DNA of 64,000 bases from Eledone cirrhosa (Eukaryota). Positions 38,475-49,869 of this stretch are shown here, piece by piece; the first letter of the stretch is position 1; every line of letters begins with the position of its first letter. The DNA lies in the NCBI GenBank assembly GCA_964016885.1, contig OZ024740.1:117118001-117182000 (forward strand), given 5' to 3'. The notes under the pieces were generated by a model. It was not told where the DNA came from, ran no database searches, and saw only the letters and a list, made by a program, of their open reading frames with translations. Both the position numbers and the translations under genes were made by a program.

Positions 38475-40571
38475 TTACCGTACTTTTTGTAGAGGAGGGA
38501 TGGTTTTTACATCCCTTTTCACTTGATCGTCTGGTGAAGGGACCGTTGAATCGTCCCTTCGGCTGGTCGTCGGCTCTTCTAAGAGAATGTCTGAGTATAC
38601 TCTTCGATTGATGGTTCCTCCTAGGTCCCTGAAATCACCAACTGCGTTGGGGAATTTCGTTTTAATGTTTGTGTATTGTTTCTGTGCTATTTTTAGCAGT
38701 CTTATGTTAGTTGGCGTTTTGATTGGTGCTGGCATTATGTAGTCCTGTTGTGAAATGTCTGTGTGTTCAATTATGTAAGTCATTAGTTTCTTGTTGTGTG
38801 TATTTATTGCCGTACATTTGTTTTTCTGGGGGTGGGGTGTGGTTCTGCTATTTTCTTGTCGTTGTTGCTGGGTGTGTGTGTTTTGTTGTTGTGTTTGCGA
38901 TGTTGGTGCTTGTGGTGGTGGTGTTAAAGGTGTTGTTGGCGGTGGGGTTGTCGCCGGTGGTGATGGTGGTGCTAGTGTGGGTGGTGATGGTGTTGGTGTT
39001 GTTGCTGCTGTGGGTCTCTTTGCAGTAGACTTTACCCTTTTCTCATTTCTTTCCTCCCTTTTCAAAGGCGACGATGCGCTGCTTCTGCGTTTGTGCCTTC
39101 TTACGACCTTTTGCCATCCCTCTCCCACCTCACACTCCATGTCTGATTCTGTGAGGTCGGGGAGGGGTACCAGCTCCACTCTTTCACTTGTTGTTGTTGG
39201 TGATGTTTGCACTGGAGTCTCTGTTGCAGCTGCATTTGGTATTGCTGTTGTTGTTGTTAATATTTCCACTGCTGCTGCTGTTTTTGATTTCCGTGGAGTG
39301 GGTATGGGTGCCACGGACCTATCGTTCCTGATTGCCGCTTGTTCTGTTGCTGGTAGCCGTGGAGCCGGATTCGGAAGGAGGGGGGTTTTCTCCTTTCTCA
39401 AGGTCTTCTCGTTGCAGAAGGCCCTGAGGTGAGTCTTCGATCCACAGCGAAAGCATTTCGGGCGTTTTCCCTCAACACTTATGGGCAGTTGAGTGCCGTT
39501 ATCGAAGTCTATCACATCCGGGATAGCTTCGATGCACTCCTGGTTGGTTTGTATTAGCATCTCAATGGAGGAGCCGACCCAATCTTCTCTTACTTTTTTC
39601 TGTACTTGCAGTACAGTTGTTTTGTCCTCGATTCCGACGAGGACAGACGCGGCCAGCCAAGAAGGGGTCATTCCGGGGGGGACGTGGGTCAGTTTGACCC
39701 TCACAATTTTTTGCCCGCAGTAGGAGGGCACCAACACCATTTCCTCGCTCCTTAGGGTCACTACTGATTGGGCCTTTGCCTCCTGGGGTGTGGCAAAAAG
39801 TACGTCTACGGTGGCATATTTTTTGCCTCGGGTGATGTGCGTTTTCCGCTGCCACACAGACCCCAAGGCTTTTTGTATTTGGGCCTCTGTGGCTCTTTCC
39901 ACCCTACGGGATTTTGTACTTACTGTACGGTACGTGACCGTACAGTGCTCTTGGGTTTCGAAAAATTTTTCCGCTGCCTTGCAGATTGCTCGGTGTCCGT
40001 TCTTTGTCACCATCTTCTTCGCTTCCTCTAATTCCTCATTTGTTATGAGGATTGTTTCCAAGTTTTTCGCAATACCTGCAAATGAGATTGGTTTTTCTCT
40101 GCTGTTGTTGTTGTCGTCAGAGCTGCTGGTACTTTTGTTGTTGCTGCAGGTACTACGACTACTGCCTCCGCCGCTGTTGCTGTGGTTGTTGTTGGTATTG
40201 CTGCTGCTAATGCTGTTGTTGTTTATGCTGCTGGTGATGCTGTTGCGGCTGCTACTGTTGTTTTCATTGTCACTGTTTCTGTTGTTATTACGGCTGCTAC
40301 TGCTATTATTCCTGACGTCAGACGAATGAACTGGGTTTTCGTATTTCCCGCACACCTGTTTCGTTGCTGTCGTCGTCGTCGTGGAGAAACCTTGCACGCT
40401 TTGCACGAGACTTTTCTTTTCTTTCGTCACTTGCGAAAGAGAAGGGAGGGAGAGAGACACATTTAAAGAAGGGAGGGAGAGAGACAATCTTCTCTCTGCT
40501 GTAGTGATGATTGAGGAAGAAGAAGACGGAATGAGTGGGAGTGACGTATGAAATTTCTTTTTCGTAGCCAT
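38475..40571 (-). CDS. Tx1 ORF1 gag-like protein with zinc knuckle (~698 aa)
   Basis: First ATG at 40571 (MATKKKF) conserved in the 27540 copy; CFRCGSKTHLRAFC = CX2CX4HX4C; N/S-rich and P/T-rich low-complexity tracts. Confidence 0.88.
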   Translation of the reverse strand: MATKKKFHTSLPLIPSSSSSIITTAERRLSLSLPSLNVSLSLPSLSQVTKEKKSLVQSVQGFSTTTTTATKQVCGKYENPVHSSDVRNNSSSSRNNNRNSDNENNSSSRNSITSSINNNSISSSNTNNNHSNSGGGSSRSTCSNNKSTSSSDDNNNSREKPISFAGIAKNLETILITNEELEEAKKMVTKNGHRAICKAAEKFFETQEHCTVTYRTVSTKSRRVERATEAQIQKALGSVWQRKTHITRGKKYATVDVLFATPQEAKAQSVVTLRSEEMVLVPSYCGQKIVRVKLTHVPPGMTPSWLAASVLVGIEDKTTVLQVQKKVREDWVGSSIEMLIQTNQECIEAIPDVIDFDNGTQLPISVEGKRPKCFRCGSKTHLRAFCNEKTLRKEKTPLLPNPAPRLPATEQAAIRNDRSVAPIPTPRKSKTAAAVEILTTTTAIPNAAATETPVQTSPTTTSERVELVPLPDLTESDMECEVGEGWQKVVRRHKRRSSASSPLKREERNEKRVKSTAKRPTAATTPTPSPPTLAPPSPPATTPPPTTPLTPPPQAPTSQTQQQNTHTQQQRQENSRTTPHPQKNKCTAINTHNKKLMTYIIEHTDISQQDYIMPAPIKTPTNIRLLKIAQKQYTNIKTKFPNAVGDFRDLGGTINRRVYSDILLEEPTTSRRDDSTVPSPDDQVKRDVKTIPPLQKVR

Positions 40572-40622
40572 GTTGTTTTTTTTGTTTAAAATGAAATTTT
40601 GGGTACAAAACCGCAATAACTG

Positions 40623-40689
40623 GTTATTTAACCCCGAAGGGCCAAATAACGGACAGAAAGACCCCTCTCACGAGGAGGGGAGTGTCTTT
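40623..40689 (-). promoter_or_regulatory. Two tetraloop RNA hairpins in Tx1 5' UTR
   Basis: Sense strand gttatttggccc-TTCG-gggttaaataac (12 bp, two G-U) and cctc-GTGA-gagg; conserved at 27591-27657. Confidence 0.6.
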
Positions 40690-40804
40690 ATCAACAATTT
40701 GGTTCAAGTTTTAAACAATTTACAATTGTTTTAACGGTTAAAAATTACTATACCTTACAGAGCCGAGCCTCCGTCAACCATGGCATTCAATAATAATAAT
40801 AATA

Positions 40805-43068
40805 TTGAAACTCTTAAGGGGCAGGCCAAAAAACTAACCAACTGGAAATCACCAGGCCCAGATGGTGTGCAGGGGTATTGGATTAAAATTATAACATCCC
40901 TCCACCTGAAACTGACAACCATGTTCCATTGAACATGGTTGTCAGGTGCTTGATGTCAGGTGAGGTACCAGAGTGGTTGACAAAAGGTACCACAGTTCTG
41001 GTAATGAAAGACCGAATCAAGGGTAATGATGTTACCAACTATAGACCTATCACATGTCTGTCCGTAATGTGGAAACTGTTGACAAGTATTATGTCTGAGG
41101 AAATCTACCATCACCTCCACACAAACAACTTGTTACCGGACGAACAGAAAGGATGCCGAAAGAGGTCCCGTGGTACAAAGGACCAGTTACTTATTCATAA
41201 GATGGTAATGAGGAATTGCAAGAGGAGACACACTGGTCTTGCCATGGGATGGATAGACTACAAAAAGGCATTTGGCATGGTGCCTCATTTTTGGATCACC
41301 AAAAGCCTAGAGATCTTCAAGGTGGCAGATAACATCAGTCAGTTGTTGGGCAAAAGTATGAAGTCCTGGAAAACAGAATTAACATTAGCTGGAGAATCCT
41401 TGGGAGGCGTGAAGATCAAGAGAGGTATCTTCCAGGGAGATAGTCTGTCCCCTCTGTTGTTTGTCATTGCCCTGATGCCCCTGACCATTATACTGCGAAA
41501 AGTGAGAGCAGGATACAAGTTGGGAAAGGGAGAGCTTACCATCAATCACCTCCTCTTCATGGACGATCTTAAGCTCTTCGGGAAGAGTGAGAAGGAGTTG
41601 GATGTGCTTGTTGACACTGTCCGTATTTTCAGCAATGATATATGTATGCAATTTGGTATTAGTAAGTGTGAAGTCCTTGTGATGAAGAGGGGTAAATTGA
41701 GCAGAAGCAACGGAATCCAGGTACCAACAGGTGAGATGATAAAGGAAATTGACACTGAAGAAGGATACAAGTATTTGGGTGTTCTGGAGATGATGACATC
41801 AAGAACAAAAAAATGAAGGAATTAATAAGATCTGAATACATTCGGAGAGTAAGGAGCGTATTAAAGTCACATCTGAACAGTAGGAATGCCATAAGTGCAG
41901 TAAATTCCCGAGCTGTGTCTATTATTAGGTACAGTGCGGGAATTCTGAGATGGAATGTTGCTGAACAAAAAGAAATGGATAGGAAGACTAGGGAGCTATT
42001 GACTATCTACAACATGTTCCACAAGAGGAGTGATGTCGATAGACTCTACTTAAGGAGATCTGAAGGTGGAAGAGGTCTTATCAGCATAGAGGACTGTGTT
42101 CAGATGGAGAAAAACAACCTACACAAATACGTGACTGATAGTAAGGAGCCAATGCTCAGAATTATACTGAAGGAGAGGACAATAGATCAGGGGATGTCCA
42201 AGGAGGAAATAACAACAAGGAGAAAGAGTAGCCTTCATGAAAAATCCCTTCATAGTACCTTCTTTGAGAAAACTGAATTCAGAGATCCACAGACATGGAA
42301 CTGGTTGAAAAGAGGAGACCTTTAAAAAGGCTACAGAATGAATGCTAATGGCTGCGCAAGAGCAGGCCCTCAAAACGAAGTGGTTGAAACACCATATTTA
42401 CAAGGAGGAGGCTAGCCAGTGTGCAGGATCTGTGGAGAGAGAGAGGAGACTGTGGCTCACATTGTATCCGAGTCTAAATACCTAGCCCAGACTCACTATA
42501 AAGGCTGGAGAAATGATGTGATGGGCAGGGTTATCCACTGGCACCTATGCAAAGTAAACAATTTACCACATTCTGAGAAGTGGTATGAGCATAAGCCAGA
42601 GTCGGTGATAGAAAACGTTCAGGTGAAGGTGCTGTGGGATTTTAGGATACAGACAGACAAGAAACTGGAACACAATAGACCTGACCTGGTGGTTTTGGAC
42701 AATGAAAAAAGATCGTGCCTGATTGTGGATGTGGCCTGCCCATTCGACACGAGAGTGCAAGAGAAGGAGAGGGAGAAAATTAACCGATACCAGGACTTTA
42801 AGTAGGAGGTAAAAAGTATTTGGAACTGCCATGAAGTCAAAGTGGTCCCGATTGTCATAGGCGCACTAGGTACTATCTCAAAAAGTTTCCAGGAATGGTT
42901 AAAGAAAATTGGCCCCGTCACGCTTTTTGGAACGCTTCAAAGGGCATGCTTGCTGGGAACAGCAAGAACCCTCCGATACGTCCTGAATATCTGAGGCTGC
43001 AGGTAGTGGCTTGATATTCATTTCAACAAACTTTCCAGTTAACTAACATCAATGACTGAGACTCAAAG
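40805..43068 (+). pseudogene. R4/Dong family B, 5'-truncated decayed copy
   Basis: Colinear with 31289-33538; frameshift near 41790 and stops near 42323, 42339 and 42803. Confidence 0.93.
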
Positions 43069-43078
43069 AACATTAATA

Positions 43079-43215
43079 CTTTCTTTATTAACCACAAGGG
43101 TTTACATAAAGTAGACATTAAGGACAGTACAGGACAATACAGGACAGTACAAATGGGCATTTCTGCGTGTAAAAAACAAAAACAGAGGATGTAACAAAAA
43201 ATAACAATGAAAAAT
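43079..43215 (-). mobile_element. Tx1 family A, very short 3'-end copy (right boundary of stack)
   Basis: tttctttattaaccacaagggtttacataaag.. matches the other 3' ends; followed by residual aataata. Confidence 0.9.
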
Positions 43216-43609
43216 AAATAATAGGTTACAGTATCGTAAAAGATGATAGAAAGAAGAGATATAAAGAGGCGCGATACAGAATATTACATCCCAAAAGCCG
43301 ATGCGTAAGTGGTCAATGCTTGGGTTATCAGGGTTAAATATTAGAGAAAGTTAATATTTAGTGTAAAGGTAATTAGCAAACTATACTCCTTTCACCGTAT
43401 TTATACCCATAACTGTTAAAATTACTATATATGGCGATGTGAAATTATTATTATACCTTCTCAGGGTCTGTAATTAAAGACTTTGCTTTTAATATCTGCC
43501 TCCGGTGAGCCCCCCCCCCCCCCCCCCTGGGCGAAACACGTGTAAGAGCTATATACAGATATGTTTTAACGGCTTATAACTCTTTCATTCACTCATTCTT
43601 TTGCTTATA

Positions 43610-43855
43610 TATATATATATGAATGTATGTATAGTATATTTGGCAATATACCGTATGTTTAACTAAAAACATATAGAAGACCATTCGCTATCAGATTTAA
43701 AATAGTGACTATGTCACTTACTTATTTTCGACGAAAGAAGGGAGAGTGGTTGACAGTCTGTTTCTCGCTATTTGGCGTTTATTAAAACCACGCACTCCCC
43801 TGCCTCAGCCGAAAAGTATAGAAGCTGGATTCTTATAGAATTCCAGTAATAATCA
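43610..43855 (-). mobile_element. Diverged second copy of the 2506 hammerhead-containing unit
   Basis: Shares tagtgactatgtcacttactt and ggattcttatagaattccagtaataatca; retains GAAAC-agact-GTC and helix I gtggtt/aaccac, but the CUGANGA core is eroded. Confidence 0.6.
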
Positions 43856-44715
43856 TCTTCATCAATAAAACAGAGAACTTGAATAGAAAGTCAGAATGAA
43901 TTTTTTATATGCCATCGCGTAGTCAATTACTAAATTACTAATCTCTACATAACTATTGAGCCAGACTGATCGTGAACAAGCGAATAATTGAAAGTCTATG
44001 CAACAACATTCCGAATGCAAGTGAAACGTAGATAAATAATTATACATTCACTGTGCCCCAGCATAGCCATAGCCGATGTACTAGAATATGTAAAATAATA
44101 TATACACAAATAGCACTGTCGAATATCTGTGGAATATTGTTGCAAATTAAATTAAACATAAATGTAAGAAAAAGAAAAACTAAAATATTTTTAATGGTGC
44201 AGAATTAGAATTTTGAAAAAGTTAAAAAAAGAACCACAAACAAAACAAATTAAATGATGCGAGACAGAATGTGTGGAGTCAAACGACTGTCACAGTGGTT
44301 CTATATTTCACTTAACGGGATGAAAAGGAATATACTATGCATGGATAGGGAGATAGAAGCGATTTGACAGGACGCCAGTCGTGGAAGAAGTAAAGAGAAA
44401 CTGTATGACTTAAAATGTAACAAGCGTGACCGGTACGAAAGCGGGTGAGAAATCCCTGCTGGCCAATATTCTGGAGTTTCCAGAAGACTCGTAGAAATTT
44501 GTGACATAATTCTTTTTGGTTGACTTGCTCCCATTTCCTGGCACCACATCTATGTTTCTTCGATGACGGCCGGATATATAGGTCATTTAATTTCATTTGG
44601 CGATGAGGTTGAAAGGGGTGAGTTGTAAATATTGCATATATTTTTGTCTTCAGTTGTTTTGTTGTATTCTTGAAATCCATAGTCTACGCTTCACACCGAC
44701 ACCTATATAAATCTG

Positions 44716-44751
<36 letters not shown>

Positions 44752-44752
44752 G

Positions 44753-44884
<132 letters not shown>

Positions 44885-45460
44885 TATAAAGTGTTGGTGT
44901 ATCTCAAGCAACATGTTATATTATTTGGTTTGTAATCGTTGTAGTTGTGTGCTGTTCAAGGCAATGTTGGGTAATGAGGCAAAGACGATAAAGTGAAATA
45001 AATTAGAAATGAATAAAATAATATAAAACTATATTAAATTTGTTTAAAGCGGTATAGGTTTTACGTTTTATTGTTCGTTTATGTTGATGGAGGGTGGGTT
45101 GTATAGGTAAAAATCGGGGAAGATAGATGTATATGTAGGGTGAGGTTCAGTTCAATTAACAGGGGGGGGGGGGGGGGGGGGGGTAGAAATGAAAAGGGGG
45201 AAATAAGTTAATATATTTTTATTAATTTTAGTTTATTTTGTCTTAGTTGTTCCTATTCATTTCTACCCACCTCACTTTATATGCGTGTGTATGTGCATGT
45301 GGATCGTTTGTTTGTGTGTGATTGTGGAACGTGTGTGTGTGTGTGGATGTGGAACGTTTGTGTGTGTTGTGTGTGCAGTCATCCATGTAAAAAGACGAAC
45401 ATATGCTTCTTTAAAAATTTAGTGCCGGTAATTTATTATTGCTATTTATATTTTTATTAA

Positions 45461-45663
45461 TGGTTTCTGATTTAGGAACAAGGCCAACAATTTTAGAGGA
45501 GGGGAAAGTCAATTAAATCGATCCCGGTGCATTACCCTGTAAGGATGAAAGACAAAGCTAACGTCCGCGGGATTTGAACCCAGAAAGTAAAGGGGCTTAA
45601 ATGCCGTAACTATGCCTCGAAGCATGTTGTCTGATGCTCTGCCAATACTGCCAATCCACCGCC
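45461..45663 (-). mobile_element. tRNA-derived SINE
   Basis: Reverse-complement match to the 8178 SINE including ggatttgaaccc (B box). Confidence 0.75.
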
Positions 45664-45774
45664 TTTTATTATCATTAATGGATGAACATATGCCTCTCAA
45701 AGACTATTATATCAAACGTTTTGAGCGAATGAAATCAATTATTAAATACTTATTTAATAATTATGTTTAGTAAA

Positions 45775-45872
45775 TTAACTCTGCCTTTCATCCTTACGGG
45801 GTCAATAAAATAAAGTACCAGTAACGTACTGGGATAATTGGTGGCCTTGTGCCAAAAAGTAGAAACAATTAT
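45775..45872 (+). mobile_element. SINE 3' half
   Basis: gcctttcatccttacggggtc..aagtaccagt..ggccttgtgccaaaaagtagaaacaattatt. Confidence 0.75.
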
Positions 45873-46266
45873 TAAATGATACTAGACAAAAATGTGTCTT
45901 ATGTGTAATGCATATATTTAAATGAATTGTTATAAGCAATTTCTCCTCTTACATTATGTCGAAGATTTTCACACTTTAACCTGGGTAAGCATTCGTTTCT
46001 GAGTGCTTCTCTTAGGGAATAGAAGTGTGAAATTGTGATGTTTCTTCTGCTAAACTTTGTTTATTTAAAAAAAGAAATATTTCCTTCAATGCCAATACTG
46101 TGTACAGTCACAAAATGTGGACCTTCTATTCAGATACATGCAACTTTCATCAATACAATTATTCTGAATATGAATTTCCCGTAAAAGATATTTTACCTAT
46201 TTTTTCTTGGAGTACATCTCTTTTACGTACTATATATACACACGCACGCACACACATACGAACAAG

Positions 46267-46371
<105 letters not shown>

Positions 46372-46681
46372 GGTTTGGTTTAGAAAAGCGATATTTATGG
46401 CCTTCATAATCCCTCCGTATGCTGGTGGTACCAATGTTAGAACCTATTATTAAATGTTTTGGGGCGCTTTACGTTCTGAGTTCAAATCTTGCTGTTGAAG
46501 TCAACATTATTTTGCATCTTAACGGGATCTATTAGTAAAGTACCAGTCAAGTACTGGGTCGATATAATTGATTTTCTCTTCATCTAAAATTCATTTATGC
46601 ATTGTGCATAAATCGAATAACATTATGATGTGACGGAACTGGAGTGCAATAACAGCGATTGCCAGAGACCGTATTTATAAA

Positions 46682-47074
46682 GGTTTCCGATTTAGGTACA
46701 AGACCAACAATTTGGGGGGAGGGAAAAGTTGAGTAAATCGACCCCAGTGCATGACTGGTACTTATTTTATCGAAGATGAAAGACAAAGTTAACCTCGGCG
46801 GGATTGATCTCAGAACGTAAAGGGCCACTAAGCATGTTGTCCGGCGCTCTACCGATTCTGTTAATCCACTGCCTACTGCCTTTATAATTGTTTCTACTTT
46901 TGTCACAAGACCAGCAATTATTCAGTACATTACTGGTATTTTATTTTATCGACCCCGTAAGGATGAAAGGCAAAGTTAACCTCGGTAGGATTTGAACTCA
47001 GACCGTAAAGAGGCGTAACTCTATGCTACAAAGCATAGCATCCAACCCTCTACCGATACTGCCAATCCATTGCC
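46682..47074 (-). mobile_element. Two head-to-tail SINE copies
   Basis: Tail/head motifs at 46682-46873 and 46888-47074. Confidence 0.75.
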
Positions 47075-47821
47075 CTATAGTGAACGTTGTATAGCATTTC
47101 TCCCACCGTCGTTCTAACTACAGCGTTTGTAGTTTACTAATATCAATTGGAACAGAAGTAGCAATACTTATTTGTCTGGTAATTCGGGAGTATTGCACGG
47201 TAGAAGAACAACTAGAAAAGACTAACAAGTTTCTTCGGAGAATTATATCACGTTAAGTGTCCACCTACACACTGGCATATATGTATATACATATTCTTAT
47301 CTTATCGAATGTGTGTATGTTATGTATGCATGTGTGTATGTTTGTACGTATGTACGTATGTACGTATGTACGCATGAATGTATATCCTACGTATATGAGA
47401 GAGTATACTCAACATGTGTGTGCATGATATATGTATGTATGTTTGTATATATGTTTACTATGTATGTATGTTAAGACAAAGAAATGGATGAGAAAAGGAA
47501 ATAAGAGTAATATCTATATCTATATATATATATGTTTTTCTTTGTTGTTATTATTGTTCCCCTGAGTAAGAAGGAAAGGGCGGGGAATAGAAGCATTAGT
47601 ATGATCCCTAAGGCCCACTGACAGGATGTGATATCTCAAAGCTGCAGTAGAATGCACGTCATTAGTGTGTCAAAAGAAAGAAGCTATTTCGTAAAAGAAA
47701 TGTAGCCGTACTTTTAGAGGAGGTAGCAATGGAAAGAAGAAAATATAATACTAACAGATAATAATAACAGTCAAGGCCGGTCTTATCGGGTGCGGGGTTC
47801 AATTGTGTGTTACATAAACAT

Positions 47822-48010
47822 TGTTTCTACTTTTGGCACAAGGCCAGCAATTACCCTAGTGCATTACTGGCGCTTTATTTTATCAACCCCGTAAGAATGA
47901 AAGGTAAAGTTAACCTCAGTGGTATTTGAACCCAGAACGTAAAGGGCCATAACTCTATGTTGCAAAGTATAGTGCCTAACGCTCTACCGATACTGTCAAT
48001 CCACCGCCCT
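47822..48010 (-). mobile_element. Full-length SINE with TSD
   Basis: Flanked by ttacataaa(c/t)attg on both sides. Confidence 0.82.
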
Positions 48011-48886
48011 TACATAAATATTGCAATATGTTCTAATGTATAGTTGACGAGCGGAGAATAGATGAATCTAGCGGTGGAAGCCATTTTGGCTGGGGACCGA
48101 ACTGGGAGCGATTGACCCTGACAACTGTCACATCAAAATAACAACGTAAGCCAGTGAGAAAACATCGCATGGCTCAGCGAGCTCAATACGTAAGACTCTC
48201 TCAGTATATGAAATGAAAATGAAAAAAAAAAATAATAATAAAACAATGAAATTTATAGCTCACACTTCTGCAGTTGTAGCTGGCCACCTTTGAGGTTGTA
48301 TCTCATAAGTTTTTCGAATGCTTTAGTAATAAGAGGCCCAGTCATATCATGAAAAGCAAAGTGAAATGAGTCGTTATGTTCAAAGACACATCGCGTCGCC
48401 CGGTTCAGGAATCGAACTCACTTCTCTTAGTAAACTGACTCGATGCATTCACATCTTTATCTAAAATCGGAAACGATTCATAATATTTCGGATTTTCACA
48501 TTATTTAAATTATGGCCACACCCACAATATTGACAAGCTGACACTACTGCTAGAAAAGTGTAGGCAAGTGGTTTATTTAATTAAATAACATTCCTGGTGT
48601 ATGTATACTCTAGCAGGACTTATTACGACAACAGAACAAAATCAAGGACAGAAATAACAGGATATTAATAACAGGATATTAATAACGACAACAATTAGCG
48701 AGCAATTTCAAAACTGTCATCTATTTAGAGACGATTTAATAAATTATATATATGCATGTATGTATATAAGCATCTGAAGGAACTCGGTGTATTTACGTCC
48801 ACGAAGCCACTGGTAATGTGTAGATAAGTCAAACTGTTAATATAAATATCCAAAGTGATTGTTTTATTCTTTCGATTGTACTCACG

Positions 48887-48946
<60 letters not shown>

Positions 48947-49016
48947 ACTCTTATTCTCTTTCTCTCTCACATTCATTTTTACTCTCTCTCTCTATATATA
49001 TATATATCTATATATA

Positions 49017-49059
<43 letters not shown>

Positions 49060-49060
<1 letters not shown>

Positions 49061-49221
49061 GGAACGAGTAGGACCCCGACGGCTGAGCTCAAGCCGTTTC
49101 GACGGGTAGTTCTGGACTGGTCGGGGTCCTACTCGTTCCTATTACCCACTCTACTACCGTAAGTATTGAGTACTTTGGTGCGTTATGGTCCACCTGGTTC
49201 CTTACCACATTTCCTTCGTTA
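49060..49221 (-). mobile_element. Short hairpin-ended repeat carrying a hammerhead 3' half (Penelope pLTR-like)
   Basis: Inverted copy at 53260-53415, fragments at 4853-4880 and 11011-11058; GAAA-cggct..agccg-TC; embedded in (TA)n. Confidence 0.55.
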
Positions 49222-49350
49222 TGTATATATATATTAAGTCTAAAAAGTGAGTTTTGTTACTCTGGAGTTTCGCCTGTTTAATATAAAAAGATATTAAAAT
49301 TCTACTTCGGTATTGAGCAATTATTTCTCTCAGCCGCCAACCACATACGG

Positions 49351-49427
<77 letters not shown>

Positions 49428-49828
49428 AGCCCGGCACACGAGCGGAGGGACGTATTTTTTGCCTGCGGCATATCACAAAATCGGATTTTCATCTGAAGAT
49501 CCCGTTCTCATAACAACAACAAATGCATGAACATGAATTACATCTTTGATTGCATAAGAGAACCGTTGAAATAATTATTATGAATAAACGATTAATGTAA
49601 CATCAGCATCTTTCTTAATGTTATATATATATATATATATATTTATTAAAATAATGATTAAAGTTTAAGCAAAGAATCGCTGCTTTCACCCTTAACGGGA
49701 TTTTCTGAATATTTGCTCTACGGTTCTTATATATTTGATATATATTTATTCTTATCGAGCCCTCTTTGGATTTTAGTCTTCAAATTTATTATTATTATTA
49801 CTATATATATATATTACTATATATATAT

Positions 49829-49869
<41 letters not shown>

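Larger units (their letters stand above)
34758..40788 (-). mobile_element. Tx1-clade LINE family A, full-length near-intact copy (~6.03 kb)
   Basis: ~217-nt 5' UTR, ORF1, 35-nt spacer, ORF2, ~260-nt 3' UTR with AATAAA; (ATT)n on both sides; same 5' start (GAATG) as the 27755 copy. Confidence 0.95.

Noticed and set aside
38723-40466. Plus-strand ORFs (213 aa, 179 aa etc.) and other antisense ORFs within the stack
   Set aside because: Shadows of Tx1 or Dong coding strands; low complexity, no independent evidence.
40657-40689. HDV-like ribozyme suggested by TCCTCGT in the Tx1 5' UTR
   Set aside because: P3 does not pair cleanly and no P1 partner exists upstream; a simple GNRA hairpin explains it better.
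18789-43222. CRISPR-like or LTR-bounded single composite element (Tx1 3' ends at both extremes)
   Set aside because: Repeats are microsatellite; the terminal Tx1 pieces are independent truncations of different length, with no TG..CA, PBS or integrase.
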